Below the pieces are notes generated by a model. The model saw nothing but the letters and a program-made list of their open reading frames with translations. It searched no databases and was not told the origin of the DNA. The translations under genes and the position numbers were made by a program. A stretch of 64,000 nt of DNA from Octopus vulgaris (lineage: Eukaryota). Positions 1-13,100 of this stretch are shown one piece after another (within the stretch, counting starts at the first letter, position 1; each line of letters starts with the position of its first letter). The DNA is taken from positions 51,150,001 through 51,214,000 of the forward strand of contig OX597816.1 of the NCBI GenBank assembly GCA_951406725.2. The letters are read 5' to 3'.

Positions 1-464
1 AATCAACAAGGGCTGATTGAAAATGGAATGAAAAAGCTTCTTTGGCCGAGCAAATCACCTGATATGAACCCAAATGAAAATCTTTGGAGGATACGAGATA
101 GAGCTAGGTGAATTCTTTCGATTGTTGAATGAAAAGTGGGCAAATATTCCAAAAAGCTCATCAGTTCTATGCCAAATAGACATGACATGTCGGGAGGATT
201 TGCCTGGGCAGGAAAATCCATAACATTACATGACATGTCACGGATTCACCAGAGGGGCACACACAATCCATAGCATTACATGACATGTCACGGATTCGCC
301 AGAGGGGCAGGCGCAACCCATAACATTACATGACATGTCGGGGATTTGTCACAGGGGCAGGGGCAACCCACAACATTACATGACATGTCGGAGATTCGCC
401 AGAGGGGTAGGCCTAAACCATAACATTACATGACATGTCACGGATTCGCCAGAGGGGCAGACCG
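1..464 (+). mobile_element. 3' end of a Tc1-like DNA transposon (transposase C-terminal fragment plus repeat-built right end)
   Basis: Frame +1 from base 1 reads NQQGLIENGMKKLLWPSKSPDMNPNENLWRIRDRAR*, matching the Tc1 motif WPSxSPDLNPIENLW. It is followed by 50-bp tandem repeats ending in ...GGCAGACCG|TA (putative terminus plus TA target). Confidence 0.7.
179..460. repeat. 50-bp tandem repeat (minisatellite), about 5.6 copies
   Basis: Unit TAACATTACATGACATGTCACGGATTCGCCAGAGGGGCAGGCGCAACCCA starts at 221, 271, 321, 371 and 421, with a partial unit at about 179. Confidence 0.95.
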
Positions 465-1169
465 TACATTTTCCGTGGTTTTACAGCTGCTGTTTTAAGC
501 ATTGAGTAGCCTTTGAGATACATGTATCAGATAATTATTTGGGCAACATTAATTTACGAGAACTTTATATTATCGGTACAACACATTTGACAAAGCATTA
601 GCTAAATATCATAATTTTCTGTATCACATGTCCATTTTTCTTTCATTGGTCCATATATTGATTGGGACTTAAAGAAGTGATAATATATGTCTACGTATAA
701 TTATTTATGTTTACGTATATGCATGTACGTCTGAGCGTATGTGTGCCTATGAAAGCACTTCTATGTGAGGGGAAATAACAGCGCACTTTAGCCTCGACCT
801 TGTGACTTTCTTTTACGTTGATATAGAAACTATTTCCATTTTTCCCTTTTATCTCTGTTTTACTATCTGGTTTTCATTTTAAGAGCGTCAAACTGTCTTC
901 CATTTGCACAAACATGCGAGGGACATGTGTGTGTGAACGTGTGTGTGTTAGTGTGATTCTACATGTATCTAAACTACAAACGAAAGATTTACTATTTACT
1001 GATGACGTCTTCATTTTCCAGCATCCATCAGTGCTGCGTATGTGTAATACCAGTTTGTTAGTTCAACTAATCCTGCATCATTCTGTAACAATCGCAAAAA
1101 GCTCTTACTTTTTATATTCTGAGGAAGACCTAAGAAATGTGAAACTAATGGAGTAACAAGTCACATGTT

Positions 1170-1304
1170 ATGCGTGTGTGTGTCTGTGCGTATGTATGAG
1201 TGTGTATGTTTGAATGTGAGTGTATATATATATATATATATATGTGTGTGTTTCTGTGTGTGTGTATGTCTGTGTGTGTATACAGACGTATATATATGTA
1301 TATA

Positions 1305-1387
<83 letters not shown>

Positions 1388-1392
1388 ATATG
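1170..1392. repeat. Compound (TG)n/(TA)n microsatellite
   Basis: Directly visible; source of the YIYI/CVCV pseudo-ORFs. Confidence 0.95.
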
Positions 1393-2814
1393 AACATCTG
1401 TGCAGCATCGATATTCTTCCCTGTGTCTGTGGAATTCTTTTATCTCTGCCGTAAGACTCATTTCCAAACACGCCAGCTGAATTCAATTCGTCCCCAGTCG
1501 AAAGACACCTGTTGTTGTGTCCTGTTATTATTATTTTTACTTCTAATTTATATATATTTTATTTATATTTGTGTAACATTGTCTGTTTTTCCGTCCTTGT
1601 TTTTGTATACATTCGATGATTTCTTGCAAGGAATCTAATGCTCTTAGCTTAGCTTTTTCTTTGGGGCTGGCCAGATTGGAGCATTCTCAAGATTAATCAG
1701 CCGAAATTGCGACGATGATCAGGTTCTTGACTGAAGATAGAAAGCTTCGAATGACCCGTTCTTGTTTTTTTTTTGTATCGTCTATCTGGATGTTTTGTTG
1801 TCCCTTTTTGTATCACCTAGTTTTCCGTATGTTTTGCGTTCCCATTTTGTATTATATATATATACTATTAACAATGAAGTTCAATATTGCTTGCTTGCAA
1901 TGTTACACAGCCGAACTGGAGCATATCAGGAAAATACTTTGAATGTAAATTGCCCATGAAATGTGAATACAAACTGAATAAGACAAGTTAAATCGTACCA
2001 GTTGTTCAGATATTCGGTGTTTTGTGGGTGCGTAATGGTAAAATACTCCGAATGTGACTTCACCCTCCAAGGGAAGAAACACTAAACTTTACATTAAACG
2101 CATTATGATAGGCAAAATATTTTATAGTCAAAATGACTTTAAATTACGCTAAATATTTTGCGAAAGAACTCTTCGTAGCCTTGTTGTGAAATAGTTTTTT
2201 CCATAGGTTTTTTGCAAGTGCATTCAACTTATCTCACTTCCAAAGATTTAGCTGCTATTTCTGGCACACCCTACCACCACGTAACAGCTACTTGTGATAA
2301 AGGATCCAAAATACCTGTTACATGGTAGCAGGGCGTGTAAAAAATAGCAACCAACTCTTTCCTTTAAGCAGCAGTTTACGCGTGTTTCTGATGTTACATT
2401 CGGTGAAAACATGCCAAATAACATGGTAAAGAAAGAAACCCAGGAAACAAAACTGCGTTGCCGGGAAAATCAGATTTCCCCGGTGACCCAACGGGTCAGG
2501 GATACTCTGGTATATGTGTGTGTATATGTGTGTATGTGTGTGTGGTTGGAGGGGAATAGTATTTGTCAAAAGGGATAGGAGAGGAAAGAAGATAGAATGA
2601 AAGAAAGAGGAAGAAAAATGAAAAAAGGATTGCTAGATGGTGGTTGAGATATTGTGAGGAGCTTGGGAGAGGAGAGCTATCACGATAAAAGGATAGCGGT
2701 AGGGGATAGAAGGATAAGTATGCAAGGAAAAAATATGTGTGAGAAGGGGGGGTGATATATTTGAAAGGCTCTAAGATGTGGGATATTCTTTTCTTACATT
2801 CTTATCTCTTCAGG

Positions 2815-3100
2815 TGCAGGAATGGGTGTGTGGTAAGAAACTTGCTTCTAAACCACATAGTTCCGGGTTCTGACACAGTGCGTGGCACCTTGGGCAACTC
2901 TGTTCTACTATAGCCTCGGGCCGACCAAAGCCTTGTGAGTGGATATGGTAGACGGAAACTGAAAGAAGCCCCTTGTATATAAATATATGTATATATATAT
3001 CTTTTTGTATGTATACCTGCCATCGCTTGACAGCCGATATTTGTTTGTGTTCGTCCTCGTTACTTAGCGGTTCTACAAAGGAGACCGACAGAATAACTAC
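2815..3100 (+). mobile_element. tRNA-derived SINE, family B
   Basis: Head GGGTGTGTGGTAAGAAACTTGCTTCTAAACCACATAGTTCCGGGTTC, body CACCTTGGGCAA...CCAAAGCCTTGTGAGTGGAT; recurs at about 32003, 35465 and 51885. Confidence 0.7.
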
Positions 3101-4286
3101 TGTATGGGTGCCATTTTATATTTCTAATTTCGTGAATGTCCATTGTTTATTTTGTCGAGTACTTAGCAAAGTAGGGTCGGTTGGGCGCCGTCTGTGAGAA
3201 AATCATCACAATGTCGCAATTCCCTCTGCCGAAATTTTAGAAATGACATGCTGTACTGCTTGACATTCGCGCTGAAAGCTCCTATACAAATATTTCAGAT
3301 TGTTTGGGTGTCAATCTGACGGCAAAGTAAAGGACTCGGAAAGGGTTCGATGAACCTAATGGTGATTACGAAGGTACGGCAACTTGGTAGATTTCTTCTG
3401 ATTTTTCTTAATTTGTTGGTCAGGTCCAGACCAAGATTGACCCCCATCGCTCCACGTCAATGAGATCCATCGCCAGAGAGATGGGAGTGTCTGAGTTTCT
3501 TATCAGGTATGTAGTGCATGCAGACATTCGATGTTCTTCATACAAAGTAGGAAAGGGTCAATGTTTATGCCAAGACATAAAGCACATATGAAAAGACCGC
3601 GCAACGAAGCTTTTGAACAAACTCGAACATCTCCTCCAACTGAACATGCTTTGGTTTTTCTCAGAGGAGAAAAAAATCTGCCAGGATCAGATAGTGAACA
3701 CACAGAAAACCCGTTGGTTTGCTGTATTTCCAAAACATGTACCGAGTGTTATATAAATCAAACATCCATTCAACATCATGTTGTTTGGAGTGATCACTAG
3801 TGATGCGACGTTATGCATTCATCTTCCCACACAGACTCCCACTCATTACAAAGGCCTGAATCAAATTCCTGGAGGAGCTAGTGCTGCCCTGGGTAAAGAG
3901 GGTAGCTGCTGGAAGATCCTATGTCTTGCATTAGGACTCTGCACCAAGACTGCAACACACTTGATTATTATTTGTGGAGCGCCGTTGAGCGAGAGACCGT
4001 CAATACTCCTTGTAACATCAAAAGTGAACTGAAGGCAAGTATTATGGCAGCATTTACCGACTTACACAAGAAGAATATCCAGAAAATTTGCAGGAGATTC
4101 TGAAATCATTTGTAGGTCGTAGTTGGAGCCAAAGGCGATTTTATCGAATAAATTTACTCTTTAGTATTTGGAGATATATTTATGTAATTTTGGGAAATAT
4201 ATCTGCTAAAATGAAATTAAAATGAAATTGCTATCTGTTAAATGGGATAGCAATTTCATTTTTCCGCAATTTATTCACAACACCCG
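3100..4286 (+). mobile_element. Decayed Tc1/mariner-superfamily (maT/DD37D-like) transposon
   Basis: Broken frames give SMRSIAREMGVSEFLI, FFSEEKKICQDQIVNT, LFGVITSD and DCNTLDYYLWSAVERETVNTPCNIKSELKASIMAAF. A second copy lies at about 47405-48190. Subfamily assignment is inference. Confidence 0.75.
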
Positions 4287-4657
4287 AAATGTTTGGGGAG
4301 GGGGCCAGTAGATTAGATCGATCCCAGTGTACATGTGGTACATAATTTATCGACCCCGAAAAGATGAAAGGCAAATTCCGACCTCGGGGAATTTGAACTC
4401 AGAACGTAGAGGCAGACGAAATACCTATTTCTTTACTACCCACAAGGGGCTAAACACAGAGAGGACAATGAAGGAAAGACAAACGCATTAAGTCGATTAT
4501 ATCGACCCCAGTGCGTAACTGGTACTTATTCAATCGACCTCGAAAGAATGAAAGGCAAAGTCGACCTCGGCGGAATTTGAACTCAGAACGTAGCGGCAGA
4601 CGAAATACCGCAAAGCATTTCGTCCGGCGTGCTAACGTTTCTGCCAGTTTACCGCCT
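4287..4657 (-). mobile_element. tRNA-derived SINE, family A (dimeric form)
   Basis: Reverse complement of the recurrent GGCGGCGAGCTGGCAGAAACGTTAGC...GAGTTCAAATTCCGCCGAGGTCGACTTTGCCTTTCATCCTTTCGGGGTCGATAAATTAAGTACCAG element; the core is present twice. Confidence 0.85.
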
Positions 4658-7199
4658 TAATACGTTACATATATTACATATATGAAATATAATAGTTTGC
4701 CGAATCGTTTCCCTGTAAATACATCGGAGTCTAAGTTTGAATTGAGGGTACAACTGTCTTTTATACTGTTAATCCCTGGACCTCATATATTGAATAAAAA
4801 TAAGTGTGTGTGTGTGTGTGTGTGTATGTCTATATAAAAATTGAGTTTTCCAATGCAACACCCTTTATCGAATTCGAAATATTACTAGTGTAACATTTAC
4901 ATCATATGTGTTTAACTCAATAAACTCAATATGAAGTAATCAATTTCTTTTTTCATTAGACATTAATTGTAAATTTGTGATTTGGTTTCAATAATTATTA
5001 TAAGAATTAACTGAAATTCCATTTATCATCATTTAAATGACTCTCTAATACATAACACATTAATTTACGGTTTTAATTAGAAATAATTTTTATTTTATTT
5101 ATTTCGAGTTTTGTTTTATAATTTAAAAGAGTCTTCAAGAGGTTATTTTCCTTATGTCCTGTAAACTAATTAATAAATCAAATAATTATAGTTTCCTTCA
5201 TTAACAAAATAATAAATTTGTATTGATTAATATAATTTTTATTGATTACTCTTAATTAGTATTTCGATACGAATTAATGTGCAAGGATTATCTAGTCGCT
5301 TCGAATTCTTATTCTTTGTTCTTCAAAGTGCATAATCAATATCTACTGATTAAATAGGAAATATCTACAAAAGTAGTTGTTGTCTACTCCCATTCGAGCT
5401 GTAATGGGCGTACACAAGGAAATATGTTGTAGCAGTGACTAAAAATCTATAAGAAAAAATGCTTTCATTTCCTAATGCCTTTATTTCCTTTATTTCCTAA
5501 TCCCTTTATTTCCTTTATTTCTCTAAGTAAATTTGACGAGTGAATGACGTAAGCTTTAGCTGGTACCTGTAGCAAGTTCATTAGCCACATAAAAGCCTCC
5601 TGAGCTGTTGAAGTATGTTTCACTAACACGTTGGAATCTGTTGATTATAAAGAAATTTACTTGTTTTGCTACTTTGCCTCTAGTCATCAATGATAGAAAA
5701 CATAAGTCATTAATCATGATAAAGAAAATGCCATTTATGTTTATAATTTGTATACATTATACAGCATGTAATTCAGTCTCAAACCGGTTAGATTTAACAA
5801 TGATTGGTAGCTATTCCTGGATAGAGGATATAATATAGAATATTGTTTCCTAAACATTTGCTAATACTGCAATTCTTTCATGTCAAGTCAATTTAGGCAT
5901 CACTCCTTAAATCAGCTTAGCTTTCGAAAGCAGGTGATGCTAAGTTTGTATCTCGCACATTTTGTATTTTAGAGGAAATAATTATTTTCAAATAAATGCA
6001 TAGACAACATGATCACAGTTATTGACAAACTTAAAAATTAATTGCATGAAAATTACTATCTTCATATGACTATCAAAAATGGAATTTACATAAAACTCAG
6101 AACGATAAGTTTATGTATTGGATTTGCCGATTTAAAAAAAATCTTCGATTTTGCGACTTGATTTCTGAGCGCAAATCAGACGGCATAAGCCACACATGTT
6201 AACCTACGTGCGTAAGCGAAAGCAGGGTGTATTTAATCATTCGCCTTTGTTTGTCTGTGTTTATTTCAAAATTACGTTATGACGGCAGAACGGATTTTCA
6301 CCAAATTTGGCAGAAATACTCTTTGGGTGAGTGGCTCGAAATGATTAAAATAGTGTTCGATTACAGTCCCACATGCATAAATGCATACATAAATATGTGA
6401 CTCTGTGTGTGAGTGTGTGGATAGTGATGGATTCGAGAGCTTCGTTTATGTACAGGTTGGTTTCTATATTTCAACGTAGTATAAATACCTATAATAGTGA
6501 AACACTTCTCAAATATTACGGAATATCTTCTAAAAGTATTTAATTTTGTTCACTTTTTTCATATGAATCGACCCTCGTCTACATGCGCATAGATCATAGT
6601 GTGCGCGTAGACACATGTGGGTACATAATGCATAATACATACATATGCAACTGTGTGTGTGCGTATGTACTTGTGTGTGTTGTGTATAGTGATGGATTCG
6701 AGGGTTTCGTTTATTGAAGTGGTGATTTCTTAAATGCACGGAAGTATAGATGCCTATAATGGTGATGCTTAAAAGTTAATCCAGTTCAATGAATAGGCAT
6801 TGGTAAGGAAATCATTGTAAGCCCCACTATAATTTGCAAAAACCTCTATCTGCGCGCAGGATGTGCTTCGCTCTTATATCATTTGTCACTGGTATTATTC
6901 TTTTTATAATGATGCGTATTGAAAGGCACGAGAGATATCTTAGATGTTCAGTTAATTCAATATTTTCCAATAATATTTTTGTCAATTTTACTGTTGCAAA
7001 AGGTAGCAAAAAGAAGATCCGTGTTATATTTAGCGCTGTAAATATATAATGGCAACATATTCATAGAGTGTTAGAAACTATAAAAGTAAGCTATGAGAAA
7101 TCATGGTTTTGTCAGACACACATAAAAATAACATGTGGATCACAGGTATTCGATGTGAGCCAAATTATTTCACGTAATAGCGGAATACTAATGTGCAAT

Positions 7200-7320
7200 C
7201 TAGGCACAAGACTATACATTTTGAGGGAAAAGCTTTAGTCATTTATATCGATTCGAGTACATTACTATTACACATATTTTATCGGCCACGAAAGGAGAAA
7301 AGGCAAAGTCAACCTCGGCA
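7200..7320 (-). mobile_element. SINE family A fragment
   Basis: Core TTTATCGGCCACGAAAGGAGAAAAGGCAAAGTCAACCTCGGC. Confidence 0.6.
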
Positions 7321-8484
7321 ATTCTTAGAGTATAAACTATTACAAAATGTTTAAGTGAAAGGTGTTATAAGTTTTAGGAAGTGCTCTTCATGTAAAAAAT
7401 ATGAAACTGCAGATAAAATCTCTTCATGAGATTTCTTTAGAATTTTCAATTTTGTTAAATTTCTTCAAAATAAGGTATAGCATTTCAGTGGATGGCTCTC
7501 CGCTCTTCTACATTAGTTCAATAGCTGAAAGATTGAAATGGAGCACGTATATTACATAAAACCAAGTCAAGCGTTATATGGACAGTAAACCAGACAGATT
7601 TAATATTTTCACTTTTGTTTAATCCCAGTATTCTTTCATAACATTCTTGCGAACAAAAAGCAAATCACACATATGAAATAATGATATTAAATGACTAACA
7701 AAAAATACGTCAAGTAATTTTATTAGAAATGCATTGAAACATTGAAAATACAGCGGATATTAGGAAAGAATAGATAGTCAAAAGAAGCGGAGGAAAAAAA
7801 GGTGACGTAAATGTAAATATACATGAAAAACATATTTTGTAATAGAATAGGATTAAAGAAGTAGATGACAAATCTTCAGGAAAATATTAGAAATGGCACT
7901 GATATATTGATAAAAGTAAAATCAAATATACTATATCTAAACGTTATCAGGATTATAGAGGACATATTGGCATAACTGGAAAATAATGAAGTGAAAGAAA
8001 AAAGACGAAAATACTTTTCTTCATAATTACTGTTTTGTTTTTGGCTCTCTAGCACAAATAATAACGAAAGTAAATGCAAAAACCAATATTGTGTATAGGT
8101 TATATAAGTAAGCTAATGGAAAACACAGTATAATATTGTTAATAATTAGAAAAAATACTAAAAGCTGCTGAGCAACATATGTTATCAAAAGACCTAAACC
8201 AGCGAATGTTTGCATTATTTTTTAATGACGAAGAATTACGGCTCGATTTCACTTATTATCAATTACGAAAACATTTGGAGATTTTGCATGTCTCTCAAAA
8301 ATATGTAGTCGAGTAATTTTTAATTACTCATTATTTGCAATTTCTAATTGGGCTCAAGACACTTGTGAATAACTAACATCCTATAAAACAGACATATATG
8401 TCATTATCAATGTTAACAGAAAACCTTACTCGTATGAAAGCATTGCTCATTCGAAAGGAAGGCATATGTGTGCGTATATATTTA

Positions 8485-8529
<45 letters not shown>

Positions 8530-9499
8530 GCCTATATATATGTATATATATATATTTATATTTATATACCGAGATAGAGTGAATGAGAGAGAAATTGAGC
8601 GAGAAATATATATAAAACACCAAACGCACTTAAATTTTCTTCAAAACTTAAATGCTTTTCATTATCTAGTTGGACCGGTTTGCTTTCATCTACATTGCAA
8701 AAAGCATATAAACCCACAAATACCTTGATGTATTTGCACTTATGGTATATCGAAACTTAATGAGGGACCCACCACTCCAAAAACTGGTACAAATACGTTC
8801 CAGACGACTCTGGAAGACGATGAATACTATGCGATCTATTATAGTGGGAAAACTCATATACTGTATGAGAAAAGAGATATGAACAGAACAGCAATGAAAG
8901 ACAAACATTATTTTGTTAAGTATTTATCATTTGCTCAGGTGCCAATAACTCAGTACTGAAACGAAAATCTCTCCAAATATAAAGCATGTAAAAGGCAAAG
9001 AATGTGTCATTTGAATATAGGATGGAAGAAGAATGCCTATACATTTAGAGAGGAGGACCTGCGTGCATGTATGTTTATATATTTTTGTGCGTATATATAT
9101 AATGTAAACAGCAGTTTGCAATGTTTCACTAAAGCGGAGAATAATAATTATCACAAAATTTGACTGGGGTGTTACAAAATATCTACAATGCTAGAAATAA
9201 GGGCTAATATGCTCTAATACTGTAATGAATTCACATGAATGAAAACATATACAATAACATGGTACTTCACTCTCCGAAAAATACCAACCGAGAATTCTTA
9301 AGATTGACGCGTCAGTTTAGGCAATTTCCGTTTCCATCGTCAGTTAAGCCAGCTCGGTGTTCGGTTATTTCAGGACCTGTTTCTTTAGCAGCATATGCGT
9401 TTCCGTCATCCACATTAATGGATAATTTAGCGCTTACTAATATGTACACACAGACTTTATGCAAGCAGCAGGTTGCAATATTGCACCAAAAAGGAGAAT

Positions 9500-9540
<41 letters not shown>

Positions 9541-9611
9541 TCACATGGATTTTCACACCACGTACGAAACGAGGAAAGGAAGCTAACAGAAGTTCATAAT
9601 AATAAAGTTAT

Positions 9612-9670
9612 CCCCGAATCGATTCCGATTTCTAATTGATCCAAAGAGGATTTTTCCTTCTTCAGCGAAG
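9612..9670 (-). ncRNA. Degenerate type I hammerhead ribozyme motif in a (TA)n-flanked short element (about 9540-9795)
   Basis: Minus strand CUUCG-CUGAAGA-...-GGAA-UCGA-UU-CGGGG; helix I CUUCG/CGGGG; GAAA is changed to GGAA. Confidence 0.45.
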
Positions 9671-9791
9671 AACACAAAACGGAAATGGAAATATTCGTAT
9701 TTATAATTGTATAATTTTCGCCTTAAAATATATTTTTCATATGCTGGCCACTGATAAAATTATTTAATATAATGTTGCCCTTATATTAGAA

Positions 9792-9922
<131 letters not shown>

Positions 9923-10019
9923 ATAACAAAATATGAACTCCTGTCGAAATCTACGTACCATAGACAAGAAGCATTTCTACCCATTCTACACACCACTTTC
10001 CTTCGACAGCGCTTTCACA

Positions 10020-10053
<34 letters not shown>

Positions 10054-10468
10054 GTCTGTCTGCATTCATAGAGAGAATTATCATCACCACCACCACCACA
10101 GAATCATGAGAACAAATATTATGAATCAGATATTTATTGGGTTAATCTATATATGTGTGTGTGTGTGTGTTCTATATATAAATATGTATATACAATGTAT
10201 ATATACAAAGTGTATATATCTGTATTTATGTATATTAAACTTTTTAATACTTTTTGATAATTATATATATTTAAAAAAAATTATAAATATAAATTAATTT
10301 TAATTTTAATTTTAAATTTAAATAATGTATATTATATAAAAATATAATATACAAAATGTTTTATATTTTATAAATTTTAAAATTATAATTTATATTTATA
10401 TAGTTTTATGTTTGGGTTTATGTTTTTTACTGTTTGATTTACCTAATAGTGGTTTTATCTCTAATTTA

Positions 10469-10509
<41 letters not shown>

Positions 10510-10569
10510 GTATACATTTATATATATAATGCGTACACACACACATATACATAATGCGTATATATATAT

Positions 10570-11470
10570 ATATATATATAATCTGTGCATTATGTGGTCG
10601 GTTGTGTACACCTATGTTAAAAGTGCTGGCGAGTTTGTATGGCAACTATTTTTTTCCTCAAATGAAAGGAGTGACCTCTCGGACAAAATTCCTCATCTTA
10701 TAAAATGTGGCCCGAGTAGACCTGAATGAAATCGGTTTATATTAACCAAAATGTGAAAAGGGGTCTAAATGGGGCTTGAAAGGGATTGAAATTTACAGGA
10801 GCGGGTGTTTAAGAATTCTCTGTTACATCAAGCTAAAAAATTTGCGCCAGCTTTTAAATCTTCAATGTGTTGCCGTCCATGATGAAGTTTTGACTGGTTT
10901 CATTGGTGAGTCTACTGTCGTGAGAAAGAATCACTTCAAAACTTGGTGTTTAGGAATTTTCTTTTACATCAAGTTCAAAATTTTACGCCAGCCGTTAAAC
11001 TGCTGCCACTACGTTGCTGTCCATCGTTAAGAAATGCCAGCCATGATGACTCTACTATCCTCAGATTCTATCCCTTCAAACTTTGGTTACCAATATTTTT
11101 TATTTCTATTCAGCTCGCAAGATCGTCTGTCCCTTTTAAATGTTAGTGTTTTGCTGTCTGCCTTGAAGCAGACCTTTCCGTTGTCACTGCCTGATATTTA
11201 TTATTGATCTTTCAAGATATTTTATTTCTCAACTTACGCAAGATCTTTCGTTGCTTATAAATGAGAGAGAGAGAGAAAGAGAGAGGAAGCTAGAGAGTAA
11301 GAAAAAGCGAGGGAGAGTCCGAGAGAAAGGAAGAATAAGAGAGTGGGAAAGTGAGAGAGAAAGGAGAGAGAAACAAAGAGGGAGAATGTTGTGTTAAAAA
11401 ACAGAGAGGAAGCATCAGAAATTAACAACCACACTCTTACTCCCACGTAGAGCGGGTCACCTTAAGCTAG
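10570..11470 (+). mobile_element. Non-autonomous Helitron-like element
   Basis: 3' end CCCACGTAGAGCGGG (hairpin), short spacer, then CTAG|T at 11467-11471. Internal ~140-bp-period duplication (10806 vs 10947). 5' boundary is approximate. Confidence 0.5.
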
Positions 11471-11593
11471 TCTTACATATATTTTCACTCTTACTTTTAT
11501 TCTATTTCCCTTTATACTTCCTATATCCATCCTTTTCCAAAATAATACCCTATATTGAACTCTACTATTTCCTTCTAGTTAACTCCCTCCTAT

Positions 11594-11640
11594 CGTCTCT
11601 GATGAAAGGATATCCCTAATATCCCAGAAACAGTTTATAA
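11594..11640 (+). ncRNA. Degenerate hammerhead ribozyme motif
   Basis: CUGAUGA-AA-GGAUAU-cccua-AUAUCC-CA-GAAAC; the helix III/helix I 3' side is decayed. Confidence 0.45.
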
Positions 11641-11776
11641 ATGTCCTATAATATGTCCTTTATAAATGTCCTATAATATCCACACAGCCTTCCCTTTGTT
11701 GTCTGACTACGGCCGCGTGGCTGAAACGAGTAAAAGAGCACAAGAGAATATATATACATATGTATGTATATATGTA

Positions 11777-13069
11777 CGAGGGCGTTCAATAAGTAATGCC
11801 CCTGACCCACTTCCCGTAGCAGTAGAGCAACGAAACTTGGCACAGCTATTAGTCTTTTTCTACCTAGGAACCACCCAGAGTAACGCATTTCTGTCATCGT
11901 GTGATGCAGCTCTGGAGACCGTTTTTGTAGAAGACCCCCCGCTTGGTCCTCCAACCACGACGTGACTTCAGAAATCAAGGCTGCATCATTTGGAAAACAC
12001 TTTCCTTTCAAAAACAACTTCATGGCCGGGAAGAGGTGAAAATCTGAGGGTGCAAGGTCAGGAGAGTAGGGAGATGGGGGAGGAGTTCATAGCCGCACGC
12101 CTGTGCTTCTGATCTGGCGACAGCGAGTTGTGGACCGGAGCGTTGTCCTGCAGGAGGAGGATGCCTTTACTGATCTTGTTCCGCCTCTTGATTTTGATAG
12201 CTTCTCTTAATTTCCTCAAACGTGAAGCATAATAGGCTCCTATAATTGTGGTACTCTTTGCCAGGAAATCTGTCATCACTACTCCGTCCTGGTCCCAGAA
12301 GACTGTGAGCATGACCTTGCCGGCGGAGCGCTGCACCCTTGCCTTCTTTGGAGGAGGTGAGTCACGGTGCTTCCACAGCATTGACTGGGCTTTGGTCTCT
12401 GGATCATAGTGATGGACCCAGGTTTCATCCTGTGTAATCAGTCTTTTGAAAAAATTTGACTCATCTTCTTGGCATATCTGAAAATTCATCCTCGAGCACT
12501 CGACACATTCTTGCTTCTGGAAAGATGTGAGCAGCCTGGGAATCCATCTGGCAGACACCTTTTGCATATGCAAATTGTCATGAATGATAGTTTTCACAGA
12601 CCCGGTACTAATCTTGACCTCATGGGCTATTTGGCGAATAGTTATGCGTCGATCTTCCAAAATGGCAGCCTCAACTTGACGGACAGATGCCTCATCAATG
12701 GAAGAACGGGGGGGCGACCATATCTGGGAGCTGTTTCCACAGAGTTCCGACCATGTTTGAATTTACGATGCCAGCGTTTTACAAGGTCATATGATGGGGC
12801 ATCATCACCATAAGTTACTTTCATTTCATCAAAAGTCTCCCGTGGTGTGCGTCCTTTCAAATATAAAAACCGGATCACTACTCGACACTCAACAGGCTCC
12901 ATTTCACACTTGACTCAGTTCAAACACCTGTAAATCCGAGACCACAATTAGTTCAGAGCTGTGATTTTCCCCTTAATCTATAGAGATATAAGCAATTACA
13001 CATGCAAAATTTCAGCTAGATCAAACAATTGCAAGTAGGTCGGAGGCATTACTTATTGAACGTCCCTCG
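11777..13069 (-). mobile_element. Full-length mariner (DD34D) transposon with frameshifted transposase
   Basis: TIRs CGAGGGCGTTCAATAAGTAATGCC / GGCATTACTTATTGAACGTCCCTCG; TA on the left, TG on the right; about 1.29 kb. Confidence 0.95.
11860..12902 (-). pseudogene. mariner transposase pseudogene
   Basis: Three consecutive ORF pieces: MEPVECRVVIRFLYLKG (HTH region); WIPRLLT, ITQDETWVHHYDPE, LLQDNAPVH; YSPDLAPSDFHLFPAMK. Confidence 0.92.
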
Positions 13070-13100
13070 TGTGTATGTATGTATGTATGTTTATGTTTAT

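Noticed and set aside
179-460. CRISPR-like array (constant core plus variable segments)
   Set aside because: The variable segments are homologous to each other, there are no cas genes and the context is eukaryotic; this is a minisatellite.
1145-1638. Long YIYI/CVCV ORFs, also at 17.8-18.4, 24.0-24.3, 27.5, 32.8, 49.2, 50.6-52.2, 52.6-52.9 and 57.9-58.4 kb
   Set aside because: Stop-free reading of microsatellites, not proteins.
1725-1760. CTGAAGA...CGAA as a hammerhead
   Set aside because: GAAA box and helix I/III pairing are not supported.
6800-8215. Hydrophobic minus-strand ORF pieces as a receptor pseudogene
   Set aside because: No recognisable motif; hydrophobic bias is expected from T-rich DNA.
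9325-9356. Minus-strand CUGACGA...GAAAC as a hammerhead
   Set aside because: No helix II between the boxes and no helix I pairing.
12058-12660. Host SETMAR-like gene
   Set aside because: It is bounded by TIRs, frameshifted and has no SET domain, so it is a mariner copy.
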